Source: Deltaproteobacteria bacterium (GTDB lineage Bacteria; Myxococcota_A; Polyangia; Polyangiales; Houyiibacteriaceae). Taken from it: a DNA stretch of 64,000 nucleotides. Positions 63,945-64,000 of this stretch are shown piece by piece. The notes beneath the pieces were generated by a model. That model ran no database searches. It was not told the DNA's origin and saw nothing but the letters and a program-made list of their open reading frames with translations. The stretch's first letter is position 1. Each line of letters starts with the position of its first letter. The stretch spans positions 2,753-66,752 of the forward strand of contig SHLP01000002.1 in the NCBI GenBank assembly GCA_004283055.1. Reading direction: 5' to 3'. Position numbers and translations under genes: made by a program.

Positions 63945-64000
63945 CGAAACGACTCCAGTCGACCGCGCCCATCTTGGGTCGTGCGTCGATCATGGTGGTT
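63934..64000 (-). CDS. 3' end of an upstream gene (partial; possibly the NosD-like component)
   Basis: The minus-strand frame reads ...TTMIDARPKMGAVDWSRFDAR-stop. The stop at 63936-63934 overlaps the ATPase start by 11 nt. Identity cannot be determined from 22 codons. Confidence 0.3.
   Translation of the reverse strand, partial: TTMIDARPKMGAVDWSRFDAR

Noticed and set aside
1-64000. Search for CRISPR arrays, tRNA/rRNA genes, IS transposases, integrases, prophage genes, toxin-antitoxin or known defence-system domains
   Set aside because: Reading both strands, I saw none. Intergenic space is minimal, the largest gap being 183 bp. Every long ORF with recognisable motifs belongs to metabolism, envelope or transport. 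Small ncRNAs cannot be excluded without covariance-model searches.

Overview
High-G+C, very gene-dense bacterial chromosome segment. I call 60 CDS. I saw no rRNA, tRNA, CRISPR array, transposase, integrase or phage gene. The gene content (BY-kinase EPS machinery, Cys-rich lipoproteins, many GT-C and TPR proteins) suggests a Myxococcota-like Gram-negative organism, but that is only an inference. All family names come from motifs I recognised by eye, not from database searches.

Layout:
- 1-8.5 kb: sodB (partial), a divergent PhoD / PhoX-like phosphatase pair, and a tightly coupled FkbM - DUF3604 - SurA-like - extended HupE/UreJ string.
- 8.5-23 kb: polysaccharide locus with GT2, a Wzy-like protein, AsnB, a GT-B enzyme, NeuA, a KpsC/S-like protein, NeuC, NeuB, a Wzy_C-TPR fusion and a Wzc-type tyrosine kinase. 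This is a complete three-gene sialic-acid route.
- 23-27.4 kb: rubrerythrin - CCG Fe-S protein - DUF3501 module, htpX, and a Cys-rich lipoprotein.
- 27.4-29.6 kb: egtD-egtB (ergothioneine).
- 29.7-42.5 kb: the most interesting part. It is an Arn-like (polyprenyl-phosphate-sugar logic) glycoconjugate modification locus. It holds an SDR, a DegT aminotransferase, an inverted-order HldE-like fusion, a UPF0104 membrane protein, a HAD phosphatase, two sulfotransferases, a FemAB/GNAT-like enzyme, an ArnC-like GT2 and two GT-C membrane transferases. I know of no characterised pathway with this combination.
- 42.5-47.8 kb: MscS plus a MacAB-like ABC/HlyD exporter.
- 47.8-64 kb: a mosaic of small modules. 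These are arsM coupled to a Cys-pair MarR, a MITE-like 183-bp element flanked by CTAG duplications, an acyl-CoA ligase, a CDGSH protein, a CDF transporter with a natural His6, nhaA - DUF4124-like - CWC, esterase - TusE - DsrE, DUF2141, thioesterase plus a membrane-split metallophosphoesterase, and a NosF-L-Y-like copper ABC set.

Many long track ORFs are antisense or out-of-frame shadows typical of high-G+C DNA. They are listed under rejected items.
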